NCBI GenBank assembly: GCA_965205265.1
Contig: CBDBGH010000003.1
Coordinates: 2,144,001 to 2,208,000, forward strand
Direction of reading: 5' to 3'
DNA: 64,000 bases
Origin: Alphaproteobacteria bacterium
GTDB lineage: Bacteria; Pseudomonadota; Alphaproteobacteria; Bin95
The notes beneath the pieces are model-generated. The model had not been told where the DNA came from, made no database searches, and was given only the letters and a program-made list of their open reading frames with translations. The translations under genes and the position numbers were made by a program. Below, one piece after another: positions 34,217 to 44,333 of the stretch. Numbering within the stretch: the stretch's first letter is position 1; the number at the start of each line of letters is the position of its first letter.

Positions 34217-35989
34217 TTACAGAGCGGCCTCGGCAGGGGCTGCGTCCGACACGACCAATTGGACCGCGCGCCCGCCGCGCCAGTCGTCGGCCCTGAGCGT
34301 CCCGGCCACATGCAGCGCGCGTCCGTCCGTCTCCAGCAGCGCCCGGCCGAGCGGCGTTTCCGCGGCGCGGAAGGCGATGGCCGCAAGCCGCCCGCCGCCG
34401 GCGTCGGCGAGGTCGGCGCGGACATGGTTCCTGCCGACGATGCGGGCATGGCGCGAGCGCACCGCCGGCAGCGCGAAGACGGGCTCCGGATTGCCGCGGC
34501 CGAAGGGCTCGACGGCCGCCAGATGCTCCAGCAGGGCGCCGGATGCCCCCGCAATGGAAAGGCCGGCGTCGATGTCGAGCGGCGGCGCATGCCCCTCAGC
34601 CGGCACCAGCGCGCCCAGCCGTTCGGCGAGGAACGCCTCGAAGGCCGCGCGCTTGCCGATGTCGAGCGTGAAGCCGGCCGCCATGTCGTGGCCGCCGCCC
34701 GCCTCCAGCAGGCCGGCGTCCCGGGCGGCCAGGATCGCCGGGCCTATGGGCGCGCCCGGCACCGAGCGCGCGGAGCCGCGTATCCGGGCACCTTCGAGCG
34801 CGCCGACCAGCGCCGGACGGCGGTAGCGCTCCACCAGGCGGCTCGCAACGATGCCGACGACGCCCGGATGCCAGCCCTCGCCGACCGCCAGCACGAAGGG
34901 CGCGCCTTCCTCCGGCTTCATGGCGAGGGCGGCGGCGAGGACATCCGCCTCGACTTGCCGACGTTCGCCGTTGAGCCGCTCCAGCACCTCCGCGATGCGG
35001 CGCGCTTCCTCCGCATCGCCGGAAGCCAGCAGCCGGGCCCCCAGCCCCGCCTCGCCGACGCGCCCGCCGGCATTGATCCGGGGACCGAGCACGAAGCCCA
35101 GATGGTAGGCGCCCGGCTGCCGCTCGACGCCGGCGGCCGCCAGCAGGGCCGCGATGCCGGGATTGCTCCTGCGCGCCAGCACTTCGAGGCCGCGCGCCAC
35201 GAACGTCCTGTTGAGGCCGGTCAGCTCCATCACGTCGGCGACCGTGCCGAGCGCCACGAGGTCGAGCCACTCGCGCAGGTCCGGCTCCGGGCGGAAGCGG
35301 TAGTGGCCGCGCCGGCGGAGCGCGCGGTTCGCTGCCACGACCAGCAGGAAGACGACCCCGACCGCCGCCAGGCCGCCGAGCTCCCCCGTCTCATCCATGC
35401 GGTTGGGGTTCACCACGGCCAGCGCTTCCGGCAGCCGGGCTTCGGGCAAGTGATGGTCGAGCACGACGCATTCGAGGCCGAGGCCGGCGGCATGGGCGAG
35501 CGGCCCGAAGGCCGTGGTGCCGCAATCGACCAGCAGCACGAGCCGGCGGCCCTCCGCCGCAAACCGGTCGAACGCCGCTTCGTTCGGGCCGTAGCCCTCG
35601 GCGATGCGGTCCGGCACATGGACGCTCGCCTTGCCGCCCGCCGCCTCGAGGAACCGGGCGAGCAGGGCGGCCGAGGTCGCGCCGTCCACATCGTAGTCGG
35701 CGAACACGGCGACGGTCTCGCCGGCCTCGGCCGCGTCGGCGAGCCGCTCGGCCGCCATGTCCATGTCCTTGAGGCAGGAAGGGTCCGGCAGGGTGGTTCG
35801 GAGTTGCGGCCGGAGGAAGGCGGGCGCCGCCTCCGGCGTCACGCCCCGGTTGGCGAGCACGCGCGCGGCGATGTCCGGCAGCCCTTCCCTCTCGGCTATC
35901 GCCGCCGCGGCCCTGGCGTCGCCGGGCCGCTCGCGCCAGGCCCGCCCCCTGAGCGAGCGCGCAACGCCGAGGAAAGGCTCAGCCTCCAT
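34217..35989 (-). CDS. recJ: ssDNA exonuclease RecJ
   Basis: DYDVDG, VDCG, DHH, PRINAGGR, GGGHDMAAG, EPFGRGNPEP. Confidence 0.96.
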   Translation of the reverse strand: MEAEPFLGVARSLRGRAWRERPGDARAAAAIAEREGLPDIAARVLANRGVTPEAAPAFLRPQLRTTLPDPSCLKDMDMAAERLADAAEAGETVAVFADYDVDGATSAALLARFLEAAGGKASVHVPDRIAEGYGPNEAAFDRFAAEGRRLVLLVDCGTTAFGPLAHAAGLGLECVVLDHHLPEARLPEALAVVNPNRMDETGELGGLAAVGVVFLLVVAANRALRRRGHYRFRPEPDLREWLDLVALGTVADVMELTGLNRTFVARGLEVLARRSNPGIAALLAAAGVERQPGAYHLGFVLGPRINAGGRVGEAGLGARLLASGDAEEARRIAEVLERLNGERRQVEADVLAAALAMKPEEGAPFVLAVGEGWHPGVVGIVASRLVERYRRPALVGALEGARIRGSARSVPGAPIGPAILAARDAGLLEAGGGHDMAAGFTLDIGKRAAFEAFLAERLGALVPAEGHAPPLDIDAGLSIAGASGALLEHLAAVEPFGRGNPEPVFALPAVRSRHARIVGRNHVRADLADAGGGRLAAIAFRAAETPLGRALLETDGRALHVAGTLRADDWRGGRAVQLVVSDAAPAEAAL

Positions 35990-36067
35990 GTCCCCGTTGC
36001 AGCATAGGGGCGGGTATCGTTTTTCCGAAGTTCGTACCGCTTCGTCCGGAGCACCCGACTACTCCCG

Positions 36068-36155
36068 CGTCATGCCCGGACTTGTTCCGGGCATCCCTCT
36101 CAACCGTTTCTGCCGGGCGGCTGCATGGATGCCCGGAACAAGTCCGGGCATGACG
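36068..36155. repeat. CGTC-type REP doublet (88-bp hairpin), copy D
   Basis: Perfect 28-bp inverted arms with a 32-nt loop. Confidence 0.92.
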
Positions 36156-36211
36156 GGATGGAGACACCGGAACGGTCACTTTGCAATGCAACGCATTTCA
36201 GTTTCAGGACG

Positions 36212-37222
36212 CTAGCTGTCCACGGCGTCGAAGCCGGTCTTGCGATCGAAATTGTGCCAGGCCTCGACGGTCCGCACCGTGCCGCTCTTGGAGCGCATGA
36301 TCATGGAGTGCGTGTAGCCGCCGCCCGCGAAACGGCGCACGCCGCGCAGCATGGTGCCGGAGGTCACGCCCGTCGCCGCGAACATCACGTCGCCGCTCGC
36401 GAGCTCCAGCAGGTCGTATTTGCGGTTCAGGTCCTCGATGCCGATACGCTGCGCGCGGGCGCGCTCGTCGTCATTGCGGAACAGCAGCCGGCCCTGGAAC
36501 TGGCCGCCGATGCAGCGCAGCGCCGCCGCCGCCAGCACGCCCTCCGGCGCACCGCCGGAGCCCATATAGATGTCGATGCCGCTGTCGGGCCGCGAGGTCG
36601 CGATGACGCCGGAGACATCGCCGTCCTGGATAAGCTGGATGCGCGAGCCGGCGTCGCGCACCGCGCCGATCAGGTCCTCGTGCCGCGGCCGGTCGAGGAT
36701 GCAGACCACGAGGTCGGCGACCGCCACGCCCTTGGCGCCGGCCAGTGCGGCCAGATTGTCGGCCGGGTTGCGGTCGAGATCGACGACGCCCTCCGGCAGG
36801 TCCGCGCCCACGGCGATCTTGTCCATATAGACGTCCGGCGCATGCAGGAAGCCGCCCTCTTCCGCCATGGCGATGACGGCGAGCGCGTTCGATCCGCCCT
36901 TGGCGGTGATCGTCGTGCCTTCCAGCGGGTCCAGCGCGATGTCGATCTTGGGTCCGCCGGCACCGACCCGCTCGCCGATATAGAGCATCGGCGCCTCGTC
37001 GCGCTCGCCCTCGCCGATCACGACGGTGCCGTCGATGGTCAGGTCGTTCAGCGCGCGGCGCATGGCGTCCACCGCCGCCTGGTCGGCGGCCTTCTCGTCG
37101 CCGCGGCCCATCAGGCGCGAGGCCGCGAGCGCGGCGGCCTCGGTCACGCGCACCGCTTCCAGTGCAAGGTTGCGGTCCATGGCGGCCCTGGCGCTGTCGG
37201 TTGAGGACAATGTGTCTGACAT
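36212..37222 (-). CDS. glpX: Class II fructose-bisphosphatase
   Basis: RVTEAAA, VIGEGERDEAPML, DPLEGT, GGAPEGV. Confidence 0.96.
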   Translation of the reverse strand: MSDTLSSTDSARAAMDRNLALEAVRVTEAAALAASRLMGRGDEKAADQAAVDAMRRALNDLTIDGTVVIGEGERDEAPMLYIGERVGAGGPKIDIALDPLEGTTITAKGGSNALAVIAMAEEGGFLHAPDVYMDKIAVGADLPEGVVDLDRNPADNLAALAGAKGVAVADLVVCILDRPRHEDLIGAVRDAGSRIQLIQDGDVSGVIATSRPDSGIDIYMGSGGAPEGVLAAAALRCIGGQFQGRLLFRNDDERARAQRIGIEDLNRKYDLLELASGDVMFAATGVTSGTMLRGVRRFAGGGYTHSMIMRSKSGTVRTVEAWHNFDRKTGFDAVDS

Positions 37223-37246
37223 CGGGCAGGCCTCCTCCCGGTTTCG

Positions 37247-38536
37247 CTACAGGGCCTCGATGCGGATCGAAAGCGGCGGCTCGGCCACCGCCTCCTGGCG
37301 CGCGATTTCGGCAAGCGCCGCCTTCAGTTCGCGCTCCCCGGTCTCATGGGTAACGATTACGACGGGGACGCGCTCCTCCGGCGCGCGGCCCCGCTGGAGC
37401 ACGGATTCGATGGAAATGCCGTGCGCGCCGAGGCTGGCGGCGACCGACGCGAGCACGCGCGGCCGGTCCACCACCATGAGGCGGATGTAGTAGGCGCCGC
37501 GATGGGCGTCCATCGGCGCCGCCTGCAGGGGCCGGAGCGCCGCGGCCGGCACGCCGAAGGCCGGCGCCCTGTTGCCGCGCGCGATGTCGATGATGTCCGC
37601 GGCGACGGCCGAAGCGGTCGGGCCCGCTCCGGCGCCGGGGCCTTCGAGCACGGCGCGGCCGACCTGGCTGCCCTCGACGACAACGGCGTTGAGCACCCCG
37701 TCCACATGCGCGATCGGCGCCTCGACCGGCACCATGCAGGGATGGACGCGCTGCTCCAGCCCGGCCTCCGACTGCCGTGCGATACCCAGGAGCTTGATCC
37801 GGTAGCCCAGCTCCCCGGCGAAGGCGATGTCGAGCGCGGAGACGCTGCGGATGCCCTCGACATGCACGGCCGCCAGATCGACCTCCACGCCGAAGGCGAG
37901 GCTGGCGAGGATGGCGAGCTTGTGGGCCGCGTCCACGCCGTCGATGTCGAAGCCGGGGTCCGCCTCCGCATAACCCAGGTCCTGGGCTTCCTTCAGCACG
38001 GTCGCGAAGTCCCGCCCCGTGCGGCGCATGTCCGAGAGCATGTAATTGCAGGTGCCGTTAAGAATCCCCATCACGCGCTGGATGTCGTTGCCGGCGAAGC
38101 CCTCGCGCACCGCCTTGATCGCGGGGATGCCGCCCGCGACCGCGGCTTCCCAGCAGAGCGTCGCGCCGGCTGCCTCCGCCGCGCGGGCAAGGTCTGCGCC
38201 GTGATGGGCGAGCAGCGCCTTGTTGGCCGTGACCACATGCCGGCCGGCGCCGAGCGCTGCTTCGCAAACCGCCTTGGCCGGCCCGTCGGAGCCGCCGATC
38301 AGCTCGACCACGACATCGGCGTCGGCGCCGCGCGCCATGGCGATGGCATCGTCGTGCCAGCGATAGCGGTCCAGCGCCACGCCCCGGTCGCGGCCGCGCT
38401 CGCGCGCAGACACATCGACGATCTCTATCCGGCGCCCGGCCCTGAGCTCCAGCAGGTCCGCCTCGCGCTCGACGAGCCGGACGAGGCCGGCGCCGACCGT
38501 GCCGAGACCGGCGACCGCAATCCTGAGCGCCGTCAT
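37247..38536 (-). CDS. hom: Homoserine dehydrogenase with ACT domain
   Basis: AGLGTVG, VVTANKA, EAAVAGGIP, GILNGTCNY, GYAEADP. Confidence 0.95.
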   Translation of the reverse strand: MTALRIAVAGLGTVGAGLVRLVEREADLLELRAGRRIEIVDVSARERGRDRGVALDRYRWHDDAIAMARGADADVVVELIGGSDGPAKAVCEAALGAGRHVVTANKALLAHHGADLARAAEAAGATLCWEAAVAGGIPAIKAVREGFAGNDIQRVMGILNGTCNYMLSDMRRTGRDFATVLKEAQDLGYAEADPGFDIDGVDAAHKLAILASLAFGVEVDLAAVHVEGIRSVSALDIAFAGELGYRIKLLGIARQSEAGLEQRVHPCMVPVEAPIAHVDGVLNAVVVEGSQVGRAVLEGPGAGAGPTASAVAADIIDIARGNRAPAFGVPAAALRPLQAAPMDAHRGAYYIRLMVVDRPRVLASVAASLGAHGISIESVLQRGRAPEERVPVVIVTHETGERELKAALAEIARQEAVAEPPLSIRIEAL

Positions 38537-39759
38537 CGCGCGGCTCCGGCGGCGCGCCGTTCCGCCTCCCCGGCAAAGGCCTCGGCCTCCGTCAGGAACT
38601 GCCTGACGCCGCGCGCCGCCTGCCGGATGCGCTGCCGGTTCTCCACCAGCGCCAGGCGCACGAACCCCTCGCCATGCTCGCCGAAGCCCACGCCCGGCGA
38701 GACGGCCACCTTCGCCTCGCGCAGCAGCAGCTTGGAGAATTCCAGCGAACCCATGCCGGCCAGCGCCGGCGGCAGCGGCGCCCAGGCGAACATGGTCGCC
38801 GGCGGCGGCGGCACCTCCCAGCCGGCCTGCCCGAAGGCGTCCACCAGCGTGTCGCGCCGCTCCCGATAAAGCGCGCGGACCTCCTCCACGCAGTCCTGCG
38901 GACCGTTCAGCGCCGCGACCGCCGCGACCTGGATCGGCGTGAAGGCGCCGTAATCGAGATAGGACTTCACCCGCGTGAGCGCGCCGACGAGCCGCCGATT
39001 GCCCACACAGAAGCCGACCCTCCATCCCGGCATGGAGTAGGTCTTCGAGAGCGAGGTGAACTCGACGGCTATGTCGCGGGCCCCCGGCACCTGCAGCACG
39101 GAAGGCGGCGGCGCCCCGTCGAACCAGATTTCCGCATAGGCGAGGTCGGAGATGATCCAGATTCCGCGCCGGCGGCAGAAATCGACCACCTCGCCATAGA
39201 AGTCGAGATCGGCCACCTCGGCCGTCGGGTTGGACGGGTAGCTCAGCAGGAGCGCCGTCGGCGGCGGCACGGAATGGCGCGCCGCGCGCTCGAGCTCGGC
39301 CATGAAGTCGTGGTCCGGCCCTACGGGGATATGCCGGGCCGACGCGCCAGCGATGATGAAGCCGTAGGGGTGGATCGGGTAGGACGGATTGGGCACCAGC
39401 ACGATGTCGCCCGGCGAGGAGATCGCCTGGGCGAGATTGGCGAGCCCTTCCTTGGAGCCGAGTGTGACGACCGCTTCCCTTTCGGGGTCGATGTCCACGC
39501 CGAAGCGCCGGCTGTAATAGGCCGAAATTGCCCGGCGCAGCCCCGGTATGCCCCGCGAGGTCGAGTAACGGTGGGCCCGGGGGTCGCGCGCCGTCTCGAT
39601 CATCTTCTCGACGATATGGGGCGGCGTCGGCCGGTCGGGATTGCCCATGCCGAAGTCGATAATGTCTTCGCCGTCGGCGCGGGCGCGGGCCTTCATCTCG
39701 TTCACCTCGGCGAAAAGATAAGGCGGCAGGCGCCGGATTCGGTGGAAGTCGCGGTCCAT
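38533..39759 (-). CDS. PLP-dependent aminotransferase (AlaC/LL-DAP aminotransferase-like)
   Basis: RLPPYLF, GSKEG, YPSNPT, SLSKTYSMPGWRVG, KSYLDYG. Confidence 0.92.
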   Translation of the reverse strand: MDRDFHRIRRLPPYLFAEVNEMKARARADGEDIIDFGMGNPDRPTPPHIVEKMIETARDPRAHRYSTSRGIPGLRRAISAYYSRRFGVDIDPEREAVVTLGSKEGLANLAQAISSPGDIVLVPNPSYPIHPYGFIIAGASARHIPVGPDHDFMAELERAARHSVPPPTALLLSYPSNPTAEVADLDFYGEVVDFCRRRGIWIISDLAYAEIWFDGAPPPSVLQVPGARDIAVEFTSLSKTYSMPGWRVGFCVGNRRLVGALTRVKSYLDYGAFTPIQVAAVAALNGPQDCVEEVRALYRERRDTLVDAFGQAGWEVPPPPATMFAWAPLPPALAGMGSLEFSKLLLREAKVAVSPGVGFGEHGEGFVRLALVENRQRIRQAARGVRQFLTEAEAFAGEAERRAAGAAR

Positions 39760-39813
39760 GGCCTCCGGTCTCCGGAAAGGGGAAGGCGGCGCGTTTATAG
39801 CAAGTGCGCCGCG

Positions 39814-40083
39814 CTATTCCATGCACTTCCCGTCATCGCCGGCCCGGCCCTGCGGACAGGCGCGCCCGGCGTCATGCGCCTTGAGCGCCGCGATGGCGGC
39901 GCGGGACGAACCGGGGCGCGGTTCGGAGGGAACATCGGCGAGATTGGGCCAGGGACGCTCCTGCCGGATGCGTTCTTCGTCCGCCACGCGGCTTTCCCGC
40001 GGCGGCTCGCCCTCCAGCACCGCGCAGCCGGCGAGCAGCACGATCGTTCCGCACTGCGACAATTTTATGCTGCGATGCAACAA
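39814..40083 (-). CDS. Small putative lipoprotein
   Basis: Lipobox-like VLLAGC followed by WPNLADVP; TTG start uncertain. Confidence 0.4.
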   Translation of the reverse strand: MLHRSIKLSQCGTIVLLAGCAVLEGEPPRESRVADEERIRQERPWPNLADVPSEPRPGSSRAAIAALKAHDAGRACPQGRAGDDGKCME

Positions 40084-40129
40084 AGCGCTCGGCCTATAGT
40101 AGCGGCGGATCATTGCTGGAGGCGGACCC

Positions 40130-41908
40130 ATGACCGGCACCCCCGACCAGGATGCGCTTGCCGAACGCTTCAGGGAAATCACGGAACGCAGCCAGCGCGT
40201 GGCGGCGGAGTTCGCCGCCCGGCACGGCGCGGAAGCGGGCGGAACCGACCCGGACCCGCTCGGCATCGGCAAGGCCTTTCTGGAAATGACCGCGCGGATG
40301 ATGGCCGACCCGGCGCGCATGATGACGGCCCAGGCGGAGCTCGCCCAGCAATACGCCAGGCTCTGGCAGGACACGGCGCGCCGGATGATGGGCGGCGAAC
40401 CCGTGCAGCCGGTTGCCGAGCCCGAGCCGGGAGACCGCCGGTTCAAGGACACGGCCTGGCGGGAGAATTTCGTCTTCGACTTCATCAAGCAGTCCTATCT
40501 GCTTTCGTCGCGCTTCCTGCTCGGCAGCCTGCCGGATGCGGAAGGTGCCGACCGGCACGAGGCCGACAAGGTTGCCTTCTACACGCGCCAGTTCGTCGAT
40601 GCGATGGCGCCGACCAATTTCGCCGCCACCAACCCCAGGGTGCTGCGCGAGACGCTCGACAGCAATGGCGAGAACCTGCTGCGCGGCTTCGAGAACATGC
40701 TGCGCGACCTGGAGGCGGGCAAGGGGCAACTCCGCATCGCGCAGACCGACATGTCGGCCTTCGAGGTTGGGCGCAATGTCGCCGTAACGCCGGGCAAGGT
40801 GGTGCTGCGCAACGACCTCATGGAGCTCATCCAGTACGAGCCCGCGACGGAGACCGTCCACGAGGTGCCGCTGCTGATTGTCCCGCCCTGGATCAACAAA
40901 TTCTACATCCTGGACCTGACGCCGGAAAATTCCTTCGTGCGCTGGGCGGTCGAGCAGGGCCACACCGTGTTCGTCATCTCCTGGGTCAATCCGGATTCGC
41001 GGCTCTCCGACAAGGCGTTCGAGGACTACATGGCCGAGGGCCCGCTGGCCGCGCTCGACGCCATCGAGCGGATCGCCGGGGCGCGGCGCGCGAACGCCAT
41101 CGGCTATTGCCTCGGCGGCACGCTGCTGGCGGTGACGCTCGCCTGGCTGGCCGCGCGCGGCGAGGCGCCCGTCGAGAGCGCCACCTATTTCGCCTCGCTG
41201 GTCGATTTCAGCGAGGTGGGCGAGCTCGGCGTGTTCATCGACGAGGAGCAGGTGGCGGCGCTGGAAGCGCGCATGGACAAGGCCGGCGGCGTCCTCGAAG
41301 GCGCCGACATGGCGACGACCTTCAACATGCTGCGCGCGAACGACCTGATCTGGTCCTTCGTCATAAACAACTACCTGCTCGGCCGCGACCCGGTGCCGTT
41401 CGACCTCCTGTTCTGGAATGCCGATTCGACGCGGATGCCGAAGCGCATGCACAGCTTCTACCTGCGCCGCATGTATATGGACAATGCGCTGGCGGAGCCG
41501 GGCGCGCTGGAGATCGCCGGCGAACGGCTGGACCTCTCGGCGGTGAAGACCCGCACCTATGTCGTCGGCACCCGCGAAGACCACATCGCGCCCTGGCCGG
41601 GCGTCTATCGGGGCGCCAGGCACTATGGCGGGCCGGTGCGCTTCGTGCTGGCGGCGTCGGGCCATATCGCCGGCATCGTCAACCCGCCGGCGGCCGGCAA
41701 ATACAGCCACTGGACCCATCGGCAGATGCTGAAGGACAGCGAGTCCTGGCTGGAGCGCGCGGCGGAGAAGCCGGGCTCCTGGTGGCCGGACTGGGCTGCG
41801 TGGGTGGCGCGTTCCGCCGGCGGCAAGGCGCCCGCGCGCGTCCCCGGCGAAGGCCCGCTGCCGGCGCTCTGCGACGCCCCCGGCACCTATGTTGCGGAGC
41901 GGGCCTGA
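40130..41908 (+). CDS. phaC: Class I poly(hydroxyalkanoate) synthase
   Basis: DRRF, PPWINKFYILDL, GYCLGG lipase box, EDHIAPW, SGHIAG, APGTYV. Confidence 0.96.
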   Translation: MTGTPDQDALAERFREITERSQRVAAEFAARHGAEAGGTDPDPLGIGKAFLEMTARMMADPARMMTAQAELAQQYARLWQDTARRMMGGEPVQPVAEPEPGDRRFKDTAWRENFVFDFIKQSYLLSSRFLLGSLPDAEGADRHEADKVAFYTRQFVDAMAPTNFAATNPRVLRETLDSNGENLLRGFENMLRDLEAGKGQLRIAQTDMSAFEVGRNVAVTPGKVVLRNDLMELIQYEPATETVHEVPLLIVPPWINKFYILDLTPENSFVRWAVEQGHTVFVISWVNPDSRLSDKAFEDYMAEGPLAALDAIERIAGARRANAIGYCLGGTLLAVTLAWLAARGEAPVESATYFASLVDFSEVGELGVFIDEEQVAALEARMDKAGGVLEGADMATTFNMLRANDLIWSFVINNYLLGRDPVPFDLLFWNADSTRMPKRMHSFYLRRMYMDNALAEPGALEIAGERLDLSAVKTRTYVVGTREDHIAPWPGVYRGARHYGGPVRFVLAASGHIAGIVNPPAAGKYSHWTHRQMLKDSESWLERAAEKPGSWWPDWAAWVARSAGGKAPARVPGEGPLPALCDAPGTYVAERA

Positions 41909-42007
41909 GCGGGGCAGCTTCTTGCAGGCTGCGCTTGCCCGGCCGCCTCCCGCCGATATACTGGCGTTGTCGGCCATGAGCGGCGGGTTCGATGGAGCCA
42001 TGGGTAA

Positions 42008-42334
42008 ATGACGCCTGAGATGATCGCGATTCTGGCGGTTGGCGCGAGTCTGGCCGTGCTGATCTGGCAGGGGCAGCGCGCAGCGAAGGAAGACCGCGCG
42101 AGGCTGGAGACGAGTCTGCGGGGCGAGTTGCAAGCCGGGTTGCGCGAGGCAAAGGAAGACCGTGCGCGGCTGGAGACGAGTCTGCGAGGCGAGTTGCAGG
42201 CCGGGTTGCGCGAGGCGAAGGAAGACCGCGCCCGCCTCGAAATCCGATTGCAGGCGGTGGAGCACGGTATGGCCAAGCTCGAGGGCCTTCTGGAAGGATT
42301 GCGCGAAGCCATTGCGGGCCGCCGCGCCGCCTGA
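42008..42334 (+). CDS. Small membrane-anchored coiled-coil protein with 22-aa tandem repeats
   Basis: MTPEMIAIL TM helix; AKEDRARLETSLRGELQAGLRE twice plus a partial third copy; ends MAKLEGLLEGLRE. Confidence 0.75.
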   Translation: MTPEMIAILAVGASLAVLIWQGQRAAKEDRARLETSLRGELQAGLREAKEDRARLETSLRGELQAGLREAKEDRARLEIRLQAVEHGMAKLEGLLEGLREAIAGRRAA

Positions 42335-42480
42335 TGCAGGTTGAGCGCGCGGGCCGGTCCTGCGACGCAATTGTTCCCTCTAGAGAGTCGCGCAGGGAAT
42401 TTTTTTCTGTTATTGAGGCGCCGTTGCGCCTCCGCGCAGACGTGCGGGGGCACTTTAACTGGCACCAGGGAGGCATACAC

Positions 42481-43530
42481 TTGTTCAAGAAACTCCTCAC
42501 AGTAGCCGCGGCCGGACTTGTCGGCGCTGCGGCATTCGGCGTGGCGGGCGACGCCGAAGCGCAGAAAGTGCGCTGGAAAATGCAGAGCGCCTTCGCATCC
42601 AAGCTCTCGATCATCGGCGAGGTCGCGGCGCGTTACGAGGACATCGTCAAGGACATGTCCGCGGGCGATCTGAACATCAAGTTCTATGAGCCGGGCGCGC
42701 TTGTGCCGACGCTCCAGGGCTTCGACGCTGTCGAGGCGGGTTCCGTCGACGCCATGTGGGGCACCGCCGGCTACCACACCGGCAAATATCCCGCGCTCTC
42801 GTTCTTCACCGCAGTGCCGTTCGGGCCGCGCGCCGGCGAATTGCTGGCCTGGATGGGTTATGGCGGCGGCGACGAGCTCTACAACGAGCTGTATGCCAAG
42901 CACGACCTGATCGGCCTGCATTGCGCGGCAATCGCTCCGGAGACCTCCGGCTGGTTCCGCTCGAAGCTGAATTCGATCGACGACCTGAAGGGCAAGAAGA
43001 TGCGCTTCTTCGGTCTCGGCGCGAAGGTGATGACCAAGCTCGGCGTCTCCACCCAGTTGCTGGCGGGCGCGGACATCTATCCGGCACTTGAGCGCGGCGT
43101 CATCGACGCAACCGAGTTCTCCATGCCGTCCATCGACCTCGACCTCGGCTTCTACCAGATCGCCAAGTTCAACTACTTCCCGGGCTGGCACCAGCAGTCG
43201 TCGATCGGCGAACTGTTGATGAGGAAGTCGGCCTTCGAGGGACTGTCCGGCCAGCACCAGGCGATCATTCGCCATGCGTGCGATGCGTCGATCACCTGGT
43301 CGTTCGTCCGGTCGGAGGCCAAGCAGTTCGAGGCTATGCTGGCGCTGAAAGAGAAGGGCGTCGAGAGCGTGCGCTGGAGCGATGACGACCTCGCCAAGCT
43401 CGCCAAGGCCTGGGACGAGGTGGTCGCCGAGGAAAACGCGGCCGATCCGCTCTTCGCCAAGTTCCATGCTTCCTACCAGGCCTTCCGCGACAAATACGCG
43501 ATCTGGAAGGAACACGGCTATCTCGACTGA
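42481..43530 (+). CDS. dctP: TRAP transporter substrate-binding protein (TakP-like)
   Basis: TTG start with RBS ggagg; Sec signal; WKMQS, GWF, KMRFFGLG, YFPGWHQ. Confidence 0.9.
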   Translation: MFKKLLTVAAAGLVGAAAFGVAGDAEAQKVRWKMQSAFASKLSIIGEVAARYEDIVKDMSAGDLNIKFYEPGALVPTLQGFDAVEAGSVDAMWGTAGYHTGKYPALSFFTAVPFGPRAGELLAWMGYGGGDELYNELYAKHDLIGLHCAAIAPETSGWFRSKLNSIDDLKGKKMRFFGLGAKVMTKLGVSTQLLAGADIYPALERGVIDATEFSMPSIDLDLGFYQIAKFNYFPGWHQQSSIGELLMRKSAFEGLSGQHQAIIRHACDASITWSFVRSEAKQFEAMLALKEKGVESVRWSDDDLAKLAKAWDEVVAEENAADPLFAKFHASYQAFRDKYAIWKEHGYLD

Positions 43531-43573
43531 CCGTCGGGCCAACTAGCTAACCGGCCCTGCGAGGGGCCGACTT

Positions 43574-43613
43574 GCCGCCGGGGCGGAGCCAAGTCCGCCC
43601 CGGCGGTTTCTCT
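43574..43613 (+). terminator. Stem-loop after dctP (terminator or mRNA stabiliser)
   Basis: gccgccggggcgga-gccaag-tccgccccggcggt followed by ttctctt. Confidence 0.65.
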
Positions 43614-43697
43614 TGCCTGCCGGCCCCGGTTCCGGCAGGCTGCCCGGCAGCCGATTTCGGCATTCGGGGATTTCCAGGGAGGTTGCGAGCGAATCCA

Positions 43698-44330
43698 ATG
43701 GAAAAGCTCGTGCAGATCAGCGACCGGCTGAACAAGATCGTGTCCTTTGTCGGCAAGCTGGGCTCAATCGCCATCATCCCGTTGATCGTCGTGACGATGT
43801 GGGATGTCGTGACACGCAAGTTCACCACGTTCCAGATATGGATCATCGAAACGCTGGGCGACCAGCTGGAATCGACCGTGCTTCAGGAATGGGAGTGGCA
43901 CTTCCATACTGCGCTGTTCGCTTCCGCGCTTGGATACGGCTATGTGGCGAACAGCCATGTCCGGGTGGACGTGATTCGCGAGCGCCTGCCGATCCGCAAG
44001 CAGGCCTGGATCGAGTGGATCGGCGTCACCATCGCGATGATCCCCTATTGCTGCGTGCTGATCTGGTTTTCCTGGGATTTCGCCTACAAATCCTATATCC
44101 AGAACGAGATTTCCTATTCCCTGGTCGGCCTCAGCAACCGCTGGATCATCAAGGGCATCCTGTTCCTCGGCTTCGTCTTCGCCCTGCTCGCAGGCATCAG
44201 CGTGTGGCTCCGCAAGACCGCCTACCTGTTCGGTCCGCCCGGTCTGAACGTGCCCCTGCTCACCGTGCAGGAACCGATGACCGAACGGGTCGTGATCGCT
44301 TCGGGCGGCGCGCAGGCGGAGGACCGCTGA
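43698..44330 (+). CDS. dctQ: TRAP transporter small permease
   Basis: QEWEWH, HVRVDV, four TM segments. Confidence 0.9.
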   Translation: MEKLVQISDRLNKIVSFVGKLGSIAIIPLIVVTMWDVVTRKFTTFQIWIIETLGDQLESTVLQEWEWHFHTALFASALGYGYVANSHVRVDVIRERLPIRKQAWIEWIGVTIAMIPYCCVLIWFSWDFAYKSYIQNEISYSLVGLSNRWIIKGILFLGFVFALLAGISVWLRKTAYLFGPPGLNVPLLTVQEPMTERVVIASGGAQAEDR

Positions 44331-44333
44331 ACC

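Noticed and set aside
29517-36155. 28-bp repeats with 32-nt spacers resembling CRISPR units
   Set aside because: The repeats are inverted pairs scattered between genes, not a direct-repeat array, and there are no cas genes.
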